The position numbers and the translations under genes are program-made. Positions 16,864-26,748 of a stretch of DNA of 64,000 nucleotides are shown here, piece by piece. Source of the DNA: a virus; the IMG/VR virus record IMGVR_UViG_3300027319_000002, positions 12,403 through 76,402 of that record; one strand, written 5' to 3'. Numbering within the stretch: the stretch's first letter is position 1; each line of letters starts with the position of its first letter. The notes below the pieces were generated by a model. The model did no database searches. It saw only the letters and a list, made by a program, of their open reading frames with translations, and was not told the DNA's origin.

Positions 16864-17148
16864 TCAGGAGAAGCGAGGGCTCAAGGCAGCCCACAGGAAT
16901 ACCCCCACGATGTAGAGCCCAACCGCCCACAGGAAGACGTTCCACGCGATCGGGAGGATCCGCGACATCCTGCTCGGCGGCTTGGCCGGACGGAGCACAG
17001 GCCCCGGGATGATCCCATCATTCATCGCCCTGTCAATGATGGCGTTCAGGGCCGTAAGCTCCAGGTCCCGCATGTAGAGGTCCGTGTAGGCGCCGTAAAG
17101 CTGGTCGCCGTGGCAGTGGCAGTGGCAGTGGTTGGTGCAAGTGTCCAT
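16864..17148 (-). CDS. small membrane protein (moron-like, opposite strand)
   Basis: C-terminal TM helix, HCHCHCH N-terminus, GGAGG RBS. Confidence 0.6.
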   Translation of the reverse strand: MDTCTNHCHCHCHGDQLYGAYTDLYMRDLELTALNAIIDRAMNDGIIPGPVLRPAKPPSRMSRILPIAWNVFLWAVGLYIVGVFLWAALSPRFS

Positions 17149-17222
17149 GGTGTAGCGGCCTCCAGTTCCTGGTGGGAGGAGTATCCTACCACTTTTTACC
17201 CACTGGCACCGACAATTTAACT

Positions 17223-18032
17223 ATGGCCGATCTGCAGACGATCCTTAAGCGTGTTCGGTCGGCGATCGGCGACCTCGGCGAGAAGATCCGGCTCACCCTT
17301 CCCGGGGGCAAGGACTACTACGAAACCGGTTACCCGCGGATCACCGACGTCGTCGTGTCCAAGGTCGAGGACTCCACGATCACCGACCTGGTGGAGGGGG
17401 TCGACTACACCCTGGACGCGATGAAGGGGACAGTGACGCTGACTGAGCCCCTGCCGCCGACGGCGACGCTGCTGGTGACTGCAACGGCGTACGCGCTTTT
17501 CGACGATGAGGAGCTGACCTGGTACATCGAGGACGCCGTCCGCCGTCACACCCACGATCGGGAGACCTCCCAGCGAGTCCGGACCGAAAACGGCTTCATC
17601 AAAGTCGTCCGGGAACCGATCACCCTGGAGAACCTCCCAGAGATCGAAATAGAGCCACTCGTCGTGCTGTCCACCATCGAAGTGTTGTACGCGATGCTCA
17701 CCGATGCGGCCAGCGACGTCGACGTGGTCACCGCCGAGGGAACCCACCTTTTCCGCAGCCAGCGGTACAACCAGCTGCTGAACCTGATCACGGTCCTCAA
17801 GCAACGCTATGACGAGTTCTGCCAGGCGCTCAACATTGGCCTGAACCGGATCCAGGTCACCACCTTGCGTCGGGTGTCGCTTACCACCGGCCGTCTCGTG
17901 CCGGTCTTCGCCCCGCGGGAGTACGACGAGTACTCGCCGACCGGGCCGCGGCGCCTGCTGCCGCCCGTTGACGCGCCGGATGAGGACCCGAGCGGTCTGC
18001 CGAGCCCGATTTGGGGCGGGTGGGGCCCGTGA
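17223..18032 (+). CDS. head-to-tail adaptor
   Basis: FDDEEL..YI and SQRYNQL motifs, synteny. Confidence 0.7.
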   Translation: MADLQTILKRVRSAIGDLGEKIRLTLPGGKDYYETGYPRITDVVVSKVEDSTITDLVEGVDYTLDAMKGTVTLTEPLPPTATLLVTATAYALFDDEELTWYIEDAVRRHTHDRETSQRVRTENGFIKVVREPITLENLPEIEIEPLVVLSTIEVLYAMLTDAASDVDVVTAEGTHLFRSQRYNQLLNLITVLKQRYDEFCQALNIGLNRIQVTTLRRVSLTTGRLVPVFAPREYDEYSPTGPRRLLPPVDAPDEDPSGLPSPIWGGWGP

Positions 18033-19042
18033 GCCGCCTGGATCGCAAGCAGGGCCGTTTCAGTCCTGTTTTCGAGTCGTATGAGATCGACGCCGCGCTG
18101 GGTGACCACCAAAGCGTCTATGGGCAGGAGATCAACTATTTCCGCTTCAGCCACGAGCTGACGCAGTCTCATGACATCTACGACGAGGGCGCCGGTGCGG
18201 GCCGGGTCTACTTCGCGCCGGTCAAAATCCCGGTGCTGCAGGTCATCCGCGAGGAGGGCCCGGCCACCCAGGAGCAGGGCGGGCTGTATTGGACCGACAC
18301 CATCCGGGTGATCGCCGCCTTCCGGCAGCTGATCAACGCCGGGCTGACCGAGCTGGACATCCAGCACGGCCGGTATCTGAAGGACCGGTTCGTCTACGAC
18401 CAGCGGCTCTTCCGCGTCACCGCGATCCGGATCATGGGGCAGGTCCGGTACAGGGACGTGATCGTCTCCATTGAGGGTGTCCAGCTGAAGAGAGAGGACA
18501 TCCTCAACGACCCGCAGTTTTCCGCCTGGTGGAGCGATGATGCCGCCTACCAGCCCACCCAGGGGGAGCCGTATGTCCCTGCCCCGAATTACGGGGGCGG
18601 GTCGGTTCCTCACTCGCATCCTGAATACGCGGCCGTCACCCATCAGCATGATTCGCTGTACGCCCCGGTGGATCATGTTCATCAGGCATCCGATGTGGGC
18701 GCCTACACCAAATCGGAAACCGATGCCGCGATCGCTAACACTCTGGCGGAGGCCAAGGCGTACACAAATACTGCCGCCGCCCCGAAGGGGCACACGCACA
18801 GTGAATATCTGACTTCTGACACCGTTGCGGCGGCCGTGAATGAGGCGCTACGGGAAGTGGTGATCACGTTCGCCATCCCATCCACGGTGTGGGAGGCGAG
18901 CTATAACATGCCACGCCTGCCCAAGATCACAACGACGACGTTGGACGGTGAGCGGATCGTCGGCGAGGAGTCCTATGTCCCGCCGAATGTGGTTCGCGTG
19001 TCATGGGCGGTCCCCGTTGCGGGTGTAATGTATCTGCATTAG
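18029..19042 (+). CDS. head closure / neck protein with C-terminal extension
   Basis: GTGA overlap; beta-barrel-like N-half (DRFVYDQRLFRV), His-rich repeats. Confidence 0.6.
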   Translation: MSRLDRKQGRFSPVFESYEIDAALGDHQSVYGQEINYFRFSHELTQSHDIYDEGAGAGRVYFAPVKIPVLQVIREEGPATQEQGGLYWTDTIRVIAAFRQLINAGLTELDIQHGRYLKDRFVYDQRLFRVTAIRIMGQVRYRDVIVSIEGVQLKREDILNDPQFSAWWSDDAAYQPTQGEPYVPAPNYGGGSVPHSHPEYAAVTHQHDSLYAPVDHVHQASDVGAYTKSETDAAIANTLAEAKAYTNTAAAPKGHTHSEYLTSDTVAAAVNEALREVVITFAIPSTVWEASYNMPRLPKITTTTLDGERIVGEESYVPPNVVRVSWAVPVAGVMYLH

Positions 19043-19051
19043 GAGGCTTAT

Positions 19052-20245
19052 GTGATCAACTATTACTCGCAAGTTAATCTCAACAAGATCCCGATCAAGG
19101 GGTTTGTTGCGGAAGGCGGTGCCGCGCCGCCGTCGAACCCGGCTGTCGGGCAGCAGTGGACGGACACCTCAACGAGCCCGCCCGTTGTCAAGTACTGGAA
19201 CGGAATCGCGTGGGTCCGGATGGACGGCGGTGACCTGCCGGACGGATCGGTCACCAACTCCAAGATCGTCAATGGGACGATCGCGTTGAACAAGCTCGCC
19301 ATCGACCCAACCGACCGGGCCAACCACCACGGCACCCAGCCACCATCCACGATTACCGGGCTGGACGCGTATATCCGAGCCTTCAGGTTAGACCAGTTCG
19401 CTTCCCCGGCGAATCCGCTTGACCTTGGTAATCAGCGGGCGACCAATGCGGCCCATCCGCAAGCTGACACCGACCTGGCGACGAAAAAGTACGTCGATGA
19501 CGCCCGTGCAGGGATCTCGGTCAAGGACCCGGTTCGAGTGGTGGTGACAGGCAACATCAACTTGTCGGCGCCGGGCGGGATGCTCGACGGCGTCACCATG
19601 AACATCGGGGACCGGTTCCTTGCTGCCGGGCAAACCACGGGCACGGAAAACGGCCTCTATGTGTTCCAGGGTCCCTCCACGCCCGCAACGCGGGCGCCGG
19701 ACGCTGATGCCGCCGGTGAAGTGATTGACGGCACCCTGGTTGCGGTCGCGGATGGTACGCATGCGGGGGAGCAGTGGATTCAAACCGCAACCCCCACGGG
19801 AGCACCGGGAACATGGGTGCAAACGTGGACCCGATTTTCCATGGGTGGCCAGACGTACAGTGCCGGTAATGGGCTGAATCTCGCCGGGACGGTTTTCTCC
19901 GTAAAACCGGGCAACTCGACGATCGTTGTTGACGAATCCGGCGTCAAGGTTGGCCTCGTTGGCATCGCTCAGGGTGGCACGGGGGCGACTACGGCGAGCG
20001 GAGCGCGAGCCAACCTCGGTGCTACCGGCCTATACACCGCGCCGCTCCCGGCGCTTAGCCCGGGGGTATGGACCAATATCGTCCACAATCTAGGCAATCC
20101 TAACCCGCTGGAGCCGTCGTTTAGGGATATCACCACGGGCGAATTCGTTTCAATGGACTCAAGGGTCATCGACGCTAACACGGTGGCGGTTCGGGCCGAC
20201 GTCGCGGTTCAGGCGGGCGCGATTCAGATTACGGTGGTCGGCTGA
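19052..20245 (+). CDS. virion fibre-like protein
   Basis: Gly/Thr-rich, DLATKKYVD and YSAGNGLNL fibre motifs; AGGAGG RBS. Confidence 0.7.
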   Translation: MINYYSQVNLNKIPIKGFVAEGGAAPPSNPAVGQQWTDTSTSPPVVKYWNGIAWVRMDGGDLPDGSVTNSKIVNGTIALNKLAIDPTDRANHHGTQPPSTITGLDAYIRAFRLDQFASPANPLDLGNQRATNAAHPQADTDLATKKYVDDARAGISVKDPVRVVVTGNINLSAPGGMLDGVTMNIGDRFLAAGQTTGTENGLYVFQGPSTPATRAPDADAAGEVIDGTLVAVADGTHAGEQWIQTATPTGAPGTWVQTWTRFSMGGQTYSAGNGLNLAGTVFSVKPGNSTIVVDESGVKVGLVGIAQGGTGATTASGARANLGATGLYTAPLPALSPGVWTNIVHNLGNPNPLEPSFRDITTGEFVSMDSRVIDANTVAVRADVAVQAGAIQITVVG

Positions 20246-20640
20246 TGCGCTCGTATAGCCGCACGCTGAAACCAGACGGGTCAATTAAGGTACGCGACGT
20301 TTACCCGTTTTTTGTCGCGGGGAGCGTTACCGCGCAGCCGGGCGCACACCGCCTATATAACGTGTATGGCGAGACGCTGAAAATTCTGGCGGTTCACGCG
20401 AGCGTTGGCACGGCCCCACAGGGCTCGCCAATAATCATTGATGTCAATATCAATGGCGCGACGATTTTCACCAACCAGGGGAACCGGCCGACGATCCCCG
20501 CTGGTGGTACCAGCAGCGGGAGGGTTGCGAGCATGAATGTGACTGATTGGCCGGACGGTGCGTATATCACCGTGGACGTCGACCAGGTGGGTTCGTCCGT
20601 GCCCGGCTCGGCGCTGACTGTCCTGGTGGTGGTGGGCTGA
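20245..20640 (+). CDS. virion beta-sandwich protein
   Basis: TGATG overlap; ITVDVDQVGS..PGS.LTV motif. Confidence 0.65.
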   Translation: MRSYSRTLKPDGSIKVRDVYPFFVAGSVTAQPGAHRLYNVYGETLKILAVHASVGTAPQGSPIIIDVNINGATIFTNQGNRPTIPAGGTSSGRVASMNVTDWPDGAYITVDVDQVGSSVPGSALTVLVVVG

Positions 20641-20641
20641 C

Positions 20642-21157
20642 GTGACACTACCGGGGAATCTCCTAACGGAGAACCAAGAGGGGCTCGAGGCCGACACAAC
20701 CGGCTGGGAAACAGGGTCGGGAGAATTCGCGCGCGATACAACGCGTGCTCGCTCTGGTATCGCGTCCCTGCGCATCACGAGCGTTAGCAGTGGCGATACC
20801 TGGTGCTACAGCACCGGGTATGCTGCCCCGATATCTCCGGGTGCGGTGTACACCGTTTACACCTGGGTGTATACGACGCACAGCGGTATCACTGCTCGGC
20901 TCGGATTCGACTGGCTGGATTCCGGCACCGCGTATATCTCAAGCGCTCAATCACCCGGTGTGGTGCTCACACCTAACCGGTGGGAGCAGGTCATCGCAAC
21001 GTTTACGGCGCCCGCTGGCGCCGCTATGGCGGCCCTTTACCTGCCCTGGTTCATTGCCACAGCAGCCGGGCAAACATGCTGGTTCGATGACATGTATTTC
21101 GGGATTCCCCCCGTTGCCGCTCCGCTTATTGGGTGGGGAATCCCCGTCTACTCGTAG
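20642..21157 (+). CDS. carbohydrate-binding-module (galactose-binding fold) protein
   Basis: NLLTEN.EGLE..TTGW...ARSG..SL, WFDD motif. Confidence 0.65.
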   Translation: MTLPGNLLTENQEGLEADTTGWETGSGEFARDTTRARSGIASLRITSVSSGDTWCYSTGYAAPISPGAVYTVYTWVYTTHSGITARLGFDWLDSGTAYISSAQSPGVVLTPNRWEQVIATFTAPAGAAMAALYLPWFIATAAGQTCWFDDMYFGIPPVAAPLIGWGIPVYS

Positions 21158-21173
21158 ATGCTAAGGGAGGATT

Positions 21174-21425
21174 ATGGTTCACGCTGGGGATTCTGGTGCT
21201 GTCTCGGACGCCCTCAGGAGGGCGTGGGCGACTCTCGGTCAGGGCGCTTTCGTGGCCGCCCTCGTGGCCGTTGGTGGCGTGCTGTCCACGCTTGGGGATG
21301 GCCCTATTGATTGGGGTGACGTGGTGCAGGCTTGTGCTCAGGCCGCGGGTACTGCTGTGGTGACGTACGTCTACCGCAAGGTTCGCCCGGCTGAGCAGGT
21401 TTCCTACAACGACGAAGCCCTGTAA
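21174..21425 (+). CDS. holin-like membrane protein
   Basis: RRAWATLGQ followed by two TM segments, similar to r1t-type holins; GGGAGG RBS. Confidence 0.6.
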   Translation: MVHAGDSGAVSDALRRAWATLGQGAFVAALVAVGGVLSTLGDGPIDWGDVVQACAQAAGTAVVTYVYRKVRPAEQVSYNDEAL

Positions 21426-21443
21426 GCCTCGCTGAGGCTCTAA

Positions 21444-21484
21444 GACGAACCCCCCGACGTATCCAGCGTCGGGGGGTTTTCGTC
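21444..21484. terminator. intrinsic terminator between convergent genes
   Basis: GACGAACCCCCCGACG-N7-CGTCGGGGGGTTTTCGTC. Confidence 0.75.
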
Positions 21485-21498
21485 GTTTCTGGGGGTTA

Positions 21499-21660
21499 TC
21501 AGGGGTGCCCTAGGTGGTCGAACAGGCCGCGCTTGACCCCCTTGACGAATGTTGCCCAATTCTCGGGGGTTGTCTCGATGCGCCTAGACGGCTGATCCCA
21601 ATCGATGATGATCTTGCCGTTGTCTGTCGTCTTCGGCTTGTATACGCCCGCCTTGATCAT
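21499..21660 (-). CDS. DUF397-like small protein
   Basis: ETTPENWATFVKGVKRG matches the DUF397 C-terminal W..F..GVK.G pattern. Confidence 0.55.
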   Translation of the reverse strand: MIKAGVYKPKTTDNGKIIIDWDQPSRRIETTPENWATFVKGVKRGLFDHLGHP

Positions 21661-21669
21661 CTCTAGGTA

Positions 21670-21723
21670 GGCGCGCCACTGGCGGTGGTGAAGCGGTACG
21701 TCGAGCAGCAGAAGGGACGCTGA
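21670..21723 (+). pseudogene. tnpA: C-terminal remnant of Y1 transposase
   Basis: GAPLAVVKRYVEQQKGR* is the IS200 TnpA C-terminal helix carrying the catalytic Tyr; an in-frame TAG lies just upstream. Confidence 0.8.
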
Positions 21724-22917
21724 ATGCTGACCGGACGCCGCTACCTGCTGGCCTTCACCCCCGAGCAGGAGGAGTTCGCCGAGAAGATCGGTGACGCCTG
21801 CCGGGTTGTGTGGAACACCGCGCTGGAGCAGCGCCGACAGTATCGGCGGCGCGGCGCGTTCATCGGTTACGTAGAGCAGGCGCGGCAGATGGCCGAGGCC
21901 AAGAAGGACTTCCCGTGGCTGGCCGAGGCCCCGTCGCACACGCTTCAGCAAACGCTCCGCGACCTTGAGCGGGCATGCAAGACGCACGGCACGTTCAAGG
22001 TCCGCTGGCGCTCCAAGCGGAAAAACGCGCCGACGTTCCGCTTCCCCGATCCCAAGCAGATCACCGTGGAGCGAATCTCCCGTCGCTGGGGCCGGGTCAA
22101 GCTGCCCAAGCTGGGCTGGACCCGCTTCCGGTGGACACGCCCGCTCGGCGGGCAACTTCGCAATGCCACCGTGCTCAAGGATGGTGGGCGCTGGTACATC
22201 TCCTTCTGCGTCGAAGACGGGCTGATGGAGTCCGCACCGAATGGCAAACCCCCGGTGGGGGTGGATCGTGGTGTCACTGTCGCAGTCGCCACCTCGTCCG
22301 GGTGGATGCGTGACCGCGAGTTCGTCACCCCAGGGGAGGCGGTACGGCTCAAGCGTCTTCAGCAGCAGCTCGCCCGGCAACGGAAGGGCTCCAACCGGCG
22401 CGCGGCTACCCGGGCGAAGCTGACCAAGCTGAACGCCCGCATCCGCGCCCGGCGTACCGACTTCCTGGCGTGGACCGCCAACCGCCTCACCCGTGACCAC
22501 GGACTGGTTGTTGTGGAGGACCTCAACATCCGAAACATGACCGCCTCTGCCAAAGGCACGCTTGCCGAGCCGGGGAGGAACGTCGCCGCCAAGGCTGGGC
22601 TGAACCGGGCGATCCTGGCCAAAGGATGGGGCGGACTACTGACCGCCTTGGAGCACAAGGCTCGTTACAACGGTTCCCGTATTCTGCGGGTGCCACCTGC
22701 GTTTACATCGCAGACCTGCCATGCCTGCGGGCACTGCGCGCCGGACAACCGTGAGAGCCAAGCGGAGTTCCGGTGCCGCGCCTGCGGCCACCAGGACAAT
22801 GCCGACGTGAACGCCGCGAAGAACATCCTCGCCGCCGGGCTGGCGGTGACAGGGCGTGGAGACCTCGCCGTTGGGCGGTCTGTGAAGCGCCAACCACCCA
22901 AGGTAGAGGCAGCGTGA
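21724..22917 (+). CDS. tnpB: RNA-guided nuclease TnpB
   Basis: N-terminal HTH (FTPEQEE...CRVVWN), RuvC GVDRG / VVEDL / NADVNAA all intact, CxxC-CxxC zinc finger. Confidence 0.95.
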   Translation: MLTGRRYLLAFTPEQEEFAEKIGDACRVVWNTALEQRRQYRRRGAFIGYVEQARQMAEAKKDFPWLAEAPSHTLQQTLRDLERACKTHGTFKVRWRSKRKNAPTFRFPDPKQITVERISRRWGRVKLPKLGWTRFRWTRPLGGQLRNATVLKDGGRWYISFCVEDGLMESAPNGKPPVGVDRGVTVAVATSSGWMRDREFVTPGEAVRLKRLQQQLARQRKGSNRRAATRAKLTKLNARIRARRTDFLAWTANRLTRDHGLVVVEDLNIRNMTASAKGTLAEPGRNVAAKAGLNRAILAKGWGGLLTALEHKARYNGSRILRVPPAFTSQTCHACGHCAPDNRESQAEFRCRACGHQDNADVNAAKNILAAGLAVTGRGDLAVGRSVKRQPPKVEAA

Positions 22918-22985
22918 ACGCGCCTCAGCCACGGGAATCCCCCGCCTTCAGGCGTGGGGAGGAAGTCAACAAGGTAAATACCGCA
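22825..22985 (+). ncRNA. TnpB omegaRNA/reRNA (approximate), guide starting about 22970
   Basis: Established architecture: scaffold overlaps the tnpB 3' end and right end, and the guide comes from flanking DNA. Confidence 0.6.
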
Positions 22986-23053
22986 CTTTACCAGTTTTCC
23001 GGCACGTTTCTCTACCCTGAATGGTGGATGGTCGTCATTCAGGGAGAGAGGAC

Positions 23054-23683
23054 GTGCCGGTTATCTTCGATGAGGACGGCGCCATCAAGCAAAAGCTGTC
23101 CGGCATCACGATTGATGTCGGTGGTGGCACCGTTGAAGTACCGGTTCGTTTTCACAACCCTGACCCTGAGATCGGGGATATGACCTACCCGATCATCATT
23201 ATCGATCGGGTGGACATCTCCCCAGCTTATGACCGGGCGCAAAGCGGGTGGGGGCACTACCCGTACCAGGTGGAGGGAAAGCCTGCACCGGAGGAGGGCG
23301 CCACCTGGGATTACTACGCGGAGTTCCCCCTTCCGTACAACGTGGACTACCAGGTCTCAACCCTGTGCCGGACCCGTAGCCAGCAATCGCAGCTGCACGG
23401 AATTCTGTCGCGGTGGAACCGGATCCCACCGCGGTATGGGTTCATCAAGATTCCGAGACTTAATGGGATCACCGCCCTGGAACTCATCGGCGGGCCGGAT
23501 CACGACACGATGCTCGACACGAACGGCAAACGGCTTTTCGCGATGCACTACCTGGTGCGCGTGCAGACCTTCTTCACGCCGTTCGAGATTCAGCGTTACG
23601 AGCACGTTCGGAGCATTCACGGCACGGTGGTCGACTTCAAGACGGGAAAGCAGCGCCTCACCGAATTTGACGATCGCTCGTAA
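23054..23683 (+). CDS. tail completion/terminator protein
   Basis: YPIIIID, PYNVDYQVST motifs; precedes sheath; GAGAGGA RBS. Confidence 0.7.
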   Translation: MPVIFDEDGAIKQKLSGITIDVGGGTVEVPVRFHNPDPEIGDMTYPIIIIDRVDISPAYDRAQSGWGHYPYQVEGKPAPEEGATWDYYAEFPLPYNVDYQVSTLCRTRSQQSQLHGILSRWNRIPPRYGFIKIPRLNGITALELIGGPDHDTMLDTNGKRLFAMHYLVRVQTFFTPFEIQRYEHVRSIHGTVVDFKTGKQRLTEFDDRS

Positions 23684-23698
23684 GACCTAGGAGATTCT

Positions 23699-25249
23699 GT
23701 GGCGACTTACCTGACCCCCGGCGTCTACGTTGAAGAGAATCTGTCGGCGGGGGCGGCCGGTGATGGCAGTGCATCCCGCGCGGTAGGCGCTTTCGTCGGC
23801 ATCGCGCCAACCGGACCGAGCGTGCCCACCCTGGTCCGGACGTGGTCCCAGTACGTCACCCTCTTCGGGGGCTTCGACGGCCCGCGAAATTATCTGCCGT
23901 ACGCTGTTTACCAATTCTTTGCAAACGGTGGTTCGCAGTGCTACATCGTCCGCGCCACCCGGGCGGACGCGACCTACGCCACCGCTGCACTGACGGACTC
24001 CACCCCGGCCGGTGACGGCGGCCCCAAGACCGCCCTTCAGGTCACCGCGCTTGCGGCCGGTTCCTACTCCAACAACCTGAGCGTGGACATCCGGCCGACC
24101 GGCGCCGAGGGCGGCCGGTTCGACTTGCTCGTCCTCTTCAAGGGTCAGATCGTAGAGCGGTTTGCGGACCTCTCCAGCAACCCGGACGACTCCCGCTACG
24201 TGGTCAGCGTCGTCAACTCCCCGGCCGATGGCTCGCTGTACATCAAGCTGACCAACCCCAAGATCGCCGATGGGTACGTCTACGACCTCGAGGACGACGT
24301 CATCCCAGCTCAGACGGTCAACCTGACCGGCGGCAGCGATGGTGTGCAGCCGTACGACTATGTCTCGGCGGCCAAGAAGCTGGATGACATCCCCAACACC
24401 AATTTCGACCTCAACCTGCCTGCAGTCAACGACACGGCCGTCCTCAACCCGATCATCGACTGGGCCGAAAAGCGGGGCAATGTCTTCGTCATCGTCGACG
24501 GTCCCCGGGCCGCCGAGGGTGCCACCTCCGACCAGGTCATGGCCGGGTACATCAGCATGGTCGGCTCCCAGAGCGGTGCCCTGCTGGCCTCCAGCCACGC
24601 CGCCATCTACGGCCCGTGGCTGATGGTGGTGGACCCCGCCAGCAACCGGTGGGGCGCCCGGCGCCTGCTGCCGCCCGGCGGCGCGGTCATGGGGCAGATG
24701 GCCAAGACGGACATGGTCCGTAATGTGGCCAAGGCCCCCGCGGGTGTCGAGAACGCCATCGTCAACGTGCTGTCCACGGAGGCTAAGTTCACCGAAGAGC
24801 AGCTGGATGAGCTGGCCTACAACCACATCAACGTCATCCGGCTGATCCCCGGGTACGGTCACTGCATTTGGGGCGCCCGCACGCTCAAGCGGTCTCTGCC
24901 CGACCTTTACGTCCCGGTCCGGCGGACGCTGATCATGCTCCGCAAGACCCTTGCGGATCAGACCCGGTGGGCGGTCTTCGAGCCGAACGCGTCGGACCTT
25001 TGGCAGAAGGTGCGGCTCGTCTTGTCCACCTACCTGTCCAAGCTCCGCCAGGCCGGAATTCTCGCCGGTCAGACCGATAAGGAAGCCTTCTTCGTCAATT
25101 GCGGCCCTGATCAGAACCCGCAGTCGGAAATCAACGCTGGCCGACTCAATATCGAGGTCGGCGTCCGGCTGCTCTATCCCGCTGAATTCGTGATCATCCG
25201 CCTTTCCCACTACGACGGAGGCGTCGAGACCGGCGAAGTGGCCCTGTAA
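23699..25249 (+). CDS. tail sheath protein
   Basis: YLTPGVYVEE, KAPAG, WGARTL, YVPVRR, FEPN and PAEFVIIR sheath motifs. Confidence 0.95.
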   Translation: MATYLTPGVYVEENLSAGAAGDGSASRAVGAFVGIAPTGPSVPTLVRTWSQYVTLFGGFDGPRNYLPYAVYQFFANGGSQCYIVRATRADATYATAALTDSTPAGDGGPKTALQVTALAAGSYSNNLSVDIRPTGAEGGRFDLLVLFKGQIVERFADLSSNPDDSRYVVSVVNSPADGSLYIKLTNPKIADGYVYDLEDDVIPAQTVNLTGGSDGVQPYDYVSAAKKLDDIPNTNFDLNLPAVNDTAVLNPIIDWAEKRGNVFVIVDGPRAAEGATSDQVMAGYISMVGSQSGALLASSHAAIYGPWLMVVDPASNRWGARRLLPPGGAVMGQMAKTDMVRNVAKAPAGVENAIVNVLSTEAKFTEEQLDELAYNHINVIRLIPGYGHCIWGARTLKRSLPDLYVPVRRTLIMLRKTLADQTRWAVFEPNASDLWQKVRLVLSTYLSKLRQAGILAGQTDKEAFFVNCGPDQNPQSEINAGRLNIEVGVRLLYPAEFVIIRLSHYDGGVETGEVAL

Positions 25250-25271
25250 TTTCCCCGGAGGATTTACCCCC

Positions 25272-25823
25272 ATGGCTACTACCGTTGAGGACCGCGCGAA
25301 GCAGGACCCGCTTCGCTCATTTAGATTCAAGGTCGTCTTTGGCGACACCAAATATGGATTTGGCACCGGAAAGGGCGCCATCGGCTTTATGTCCGTCACC
25401 GGGCTGAGCATGACCACCGAAGTCATCCCCTACCGGGAAGGCGGTATGAACACCACCACCCGGAAGATGCCCGGCCAGTCGGACTTCTCCCCGGTCTCCT
25501 TCAGCCGCGGTCTTACCGTCGGTAACCGGGCGATGTACAACTGGATGCTGGAGCTTTTCGACGTTCTGCAGGGCAACACCAGCGCCACCGGGACCGATTT
25601 CCGGATGAACGTCGACATCTATCTCCTGGCACACCCGTGGCCGGGCCCGGAGCCAGTGCAGCTCGCCGGATGGCGTCTGTTTAACGCCTGGCCGACCTCG
25701 CTGGCGTTTTCGGACCTGGACGCCGGTGCGAACTCGATCGCGATTTCGCAGATGACGCTGGCTCATGAAGGCTGGCAGTTCATTCTGGCGGACGACGTCA
25801 GCGGGAACGGCATCAACTTCTAA
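25272..25823 (+). CDS. tail tube protein (T4 gp19-like)
   Basis: DPLRSFRFKV, YREGG, KMPG...SFSRG, NAWPTSL, LAHEG. Confidence 0.92.
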   Translation: MATTVEDRAKQDPLRSFRFKVVFGDTKYGFGTGKGAIGFMSVTGLSMTTEVIPYREGGMNTTTRKMPGQSDFSPVSFSRGLTVGNRAMYNWMLELFDVLQGNTSATGTDFRMNVDIYLLAHPWPGPEPVQLAGWRLFNAWPTSLAFSDLDAGANSIAISQMTLAHEGWQFILADDVSGNGINF

Positions 25824-25881
25824 TCACGGAAAGCGCGGCCCGCTCGGGCCGGTTGTATTGATTGACGAATAGGAGAATGCG

Positions 25882-26748
25882 ATGGATCTGAATACCCCGA
25901 TGACCATTCCGACTGGTCCCACCGGTGAATTCCGCGACCCCACCACCGACCCGAGCGTGCTCGCGCTCTCCCAGAAGGTGCTGGAGCAGTCGATCCCGCA
26001 TACGGAGATGAAGCCGCCGGAGCCCGACCTTGTGGAGCTTCCCGGCGGGCTGGAAATCAACGGCAAGTGGGTCACCACCGCCCGGGTGCGCGAGCTGAAC
26101 GGCGCAGACGAGGAGGAGATCGGCCGCGCAGAGGCCTCCGGCATCCCCGAGCGGATCATCGATTCCATCATCCATGCCGGGGTGACACACCTGGGCGATG
26201 AGGTGGCCACCCCCGCCATGCTGGATCGGCTGCTCATCGGCGACCGGGACGCGCTCCTCCTGGCCATCCGGCGTGTCACCTACGGACCCACGGTGGACTT
26301 CGAGCGCCTGCTGTGCACCGGGTGCGGTACCGAACTTGTCGTCTCCTATGACTTGACTGATGTGCCTAACTCCCGGCTGGAACAGCAGTCGCACGAGTTC
26401 CAGGTCACCCTCAAGGGTGGAGAGACCGCCACCGTGCGCATGGTCACCGTCGGCGACCAGAAGGCCGTGCTGGCCGCCACCCGGGCCCGGGAGCTGACCC
26501 AGCCAGAGCAGGACACGATCATGCTGGCCCGGACGGTGCAGACCATCACCGGCCGGAACGGCACCAGGAAGATCGACGGCAGCCAGCACGCGGTGCGGAT
26601 GATGTCGATGGCCGACCGGCGCAAGATCGTCCGCGAGCTGGACCGGCGGAGAATCGGCCCCCGCTTCGAGGAAGCCAAGGTCAGCTGCACCAACTGCGGC
26701 CAGGATGTTGGGGTCCCGCTCCTCATCCAGACCTTGTTTCGCGGTTAA
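25882..26748 (+). CDS. tail assembly chaperone / baseplate hub assembly protein
   Basis: VRELNGADEE, LLIGDRDALLLAIRRVTYG, two CxxC motifs. Confidence 0.8.
   Translation: MDLNTPMTIPTGPTGEFRDPTTDPSVLALSQKVLEQSIPHTEMKPPEPDLVELPGGLEINGKWVTTARVRELNGADEEEIGRAEASGIPERIIDSIIHAGVTHLGDEVATPAMLDRLLIGDRDALLLAIRRVTYGPTVDFERLLCTGCGTELVVSYDLTDVPNSRLEQQSHEFQVTLKGGETATVRMVTVGDQKAVLAATRARELTQPEQDTIMLARTVQTITGRNGTRKIDGSQHAVRMMSMADRRKIVRELDRRRIGPRFEEAKVSCTNCGQDVGVPLLIQTLFRG

Larger units (their letters stand above)
21661..22969 (+). mobile_element. IS200/IS605-family element, tnpA deleted, tnpB intact
   Basis: TCAT motif at 21657-21660; right-end hairpin CCCCCGCC-TTCA-GGCGTGGGG followed by GAAGTCAA. Confidence 0.88.

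Noticed and set aside
21724-22917. Cas12/Cas14 call
   Set aside because: No array. The tnpA remnant and IS605 right end identify it as TnpB.
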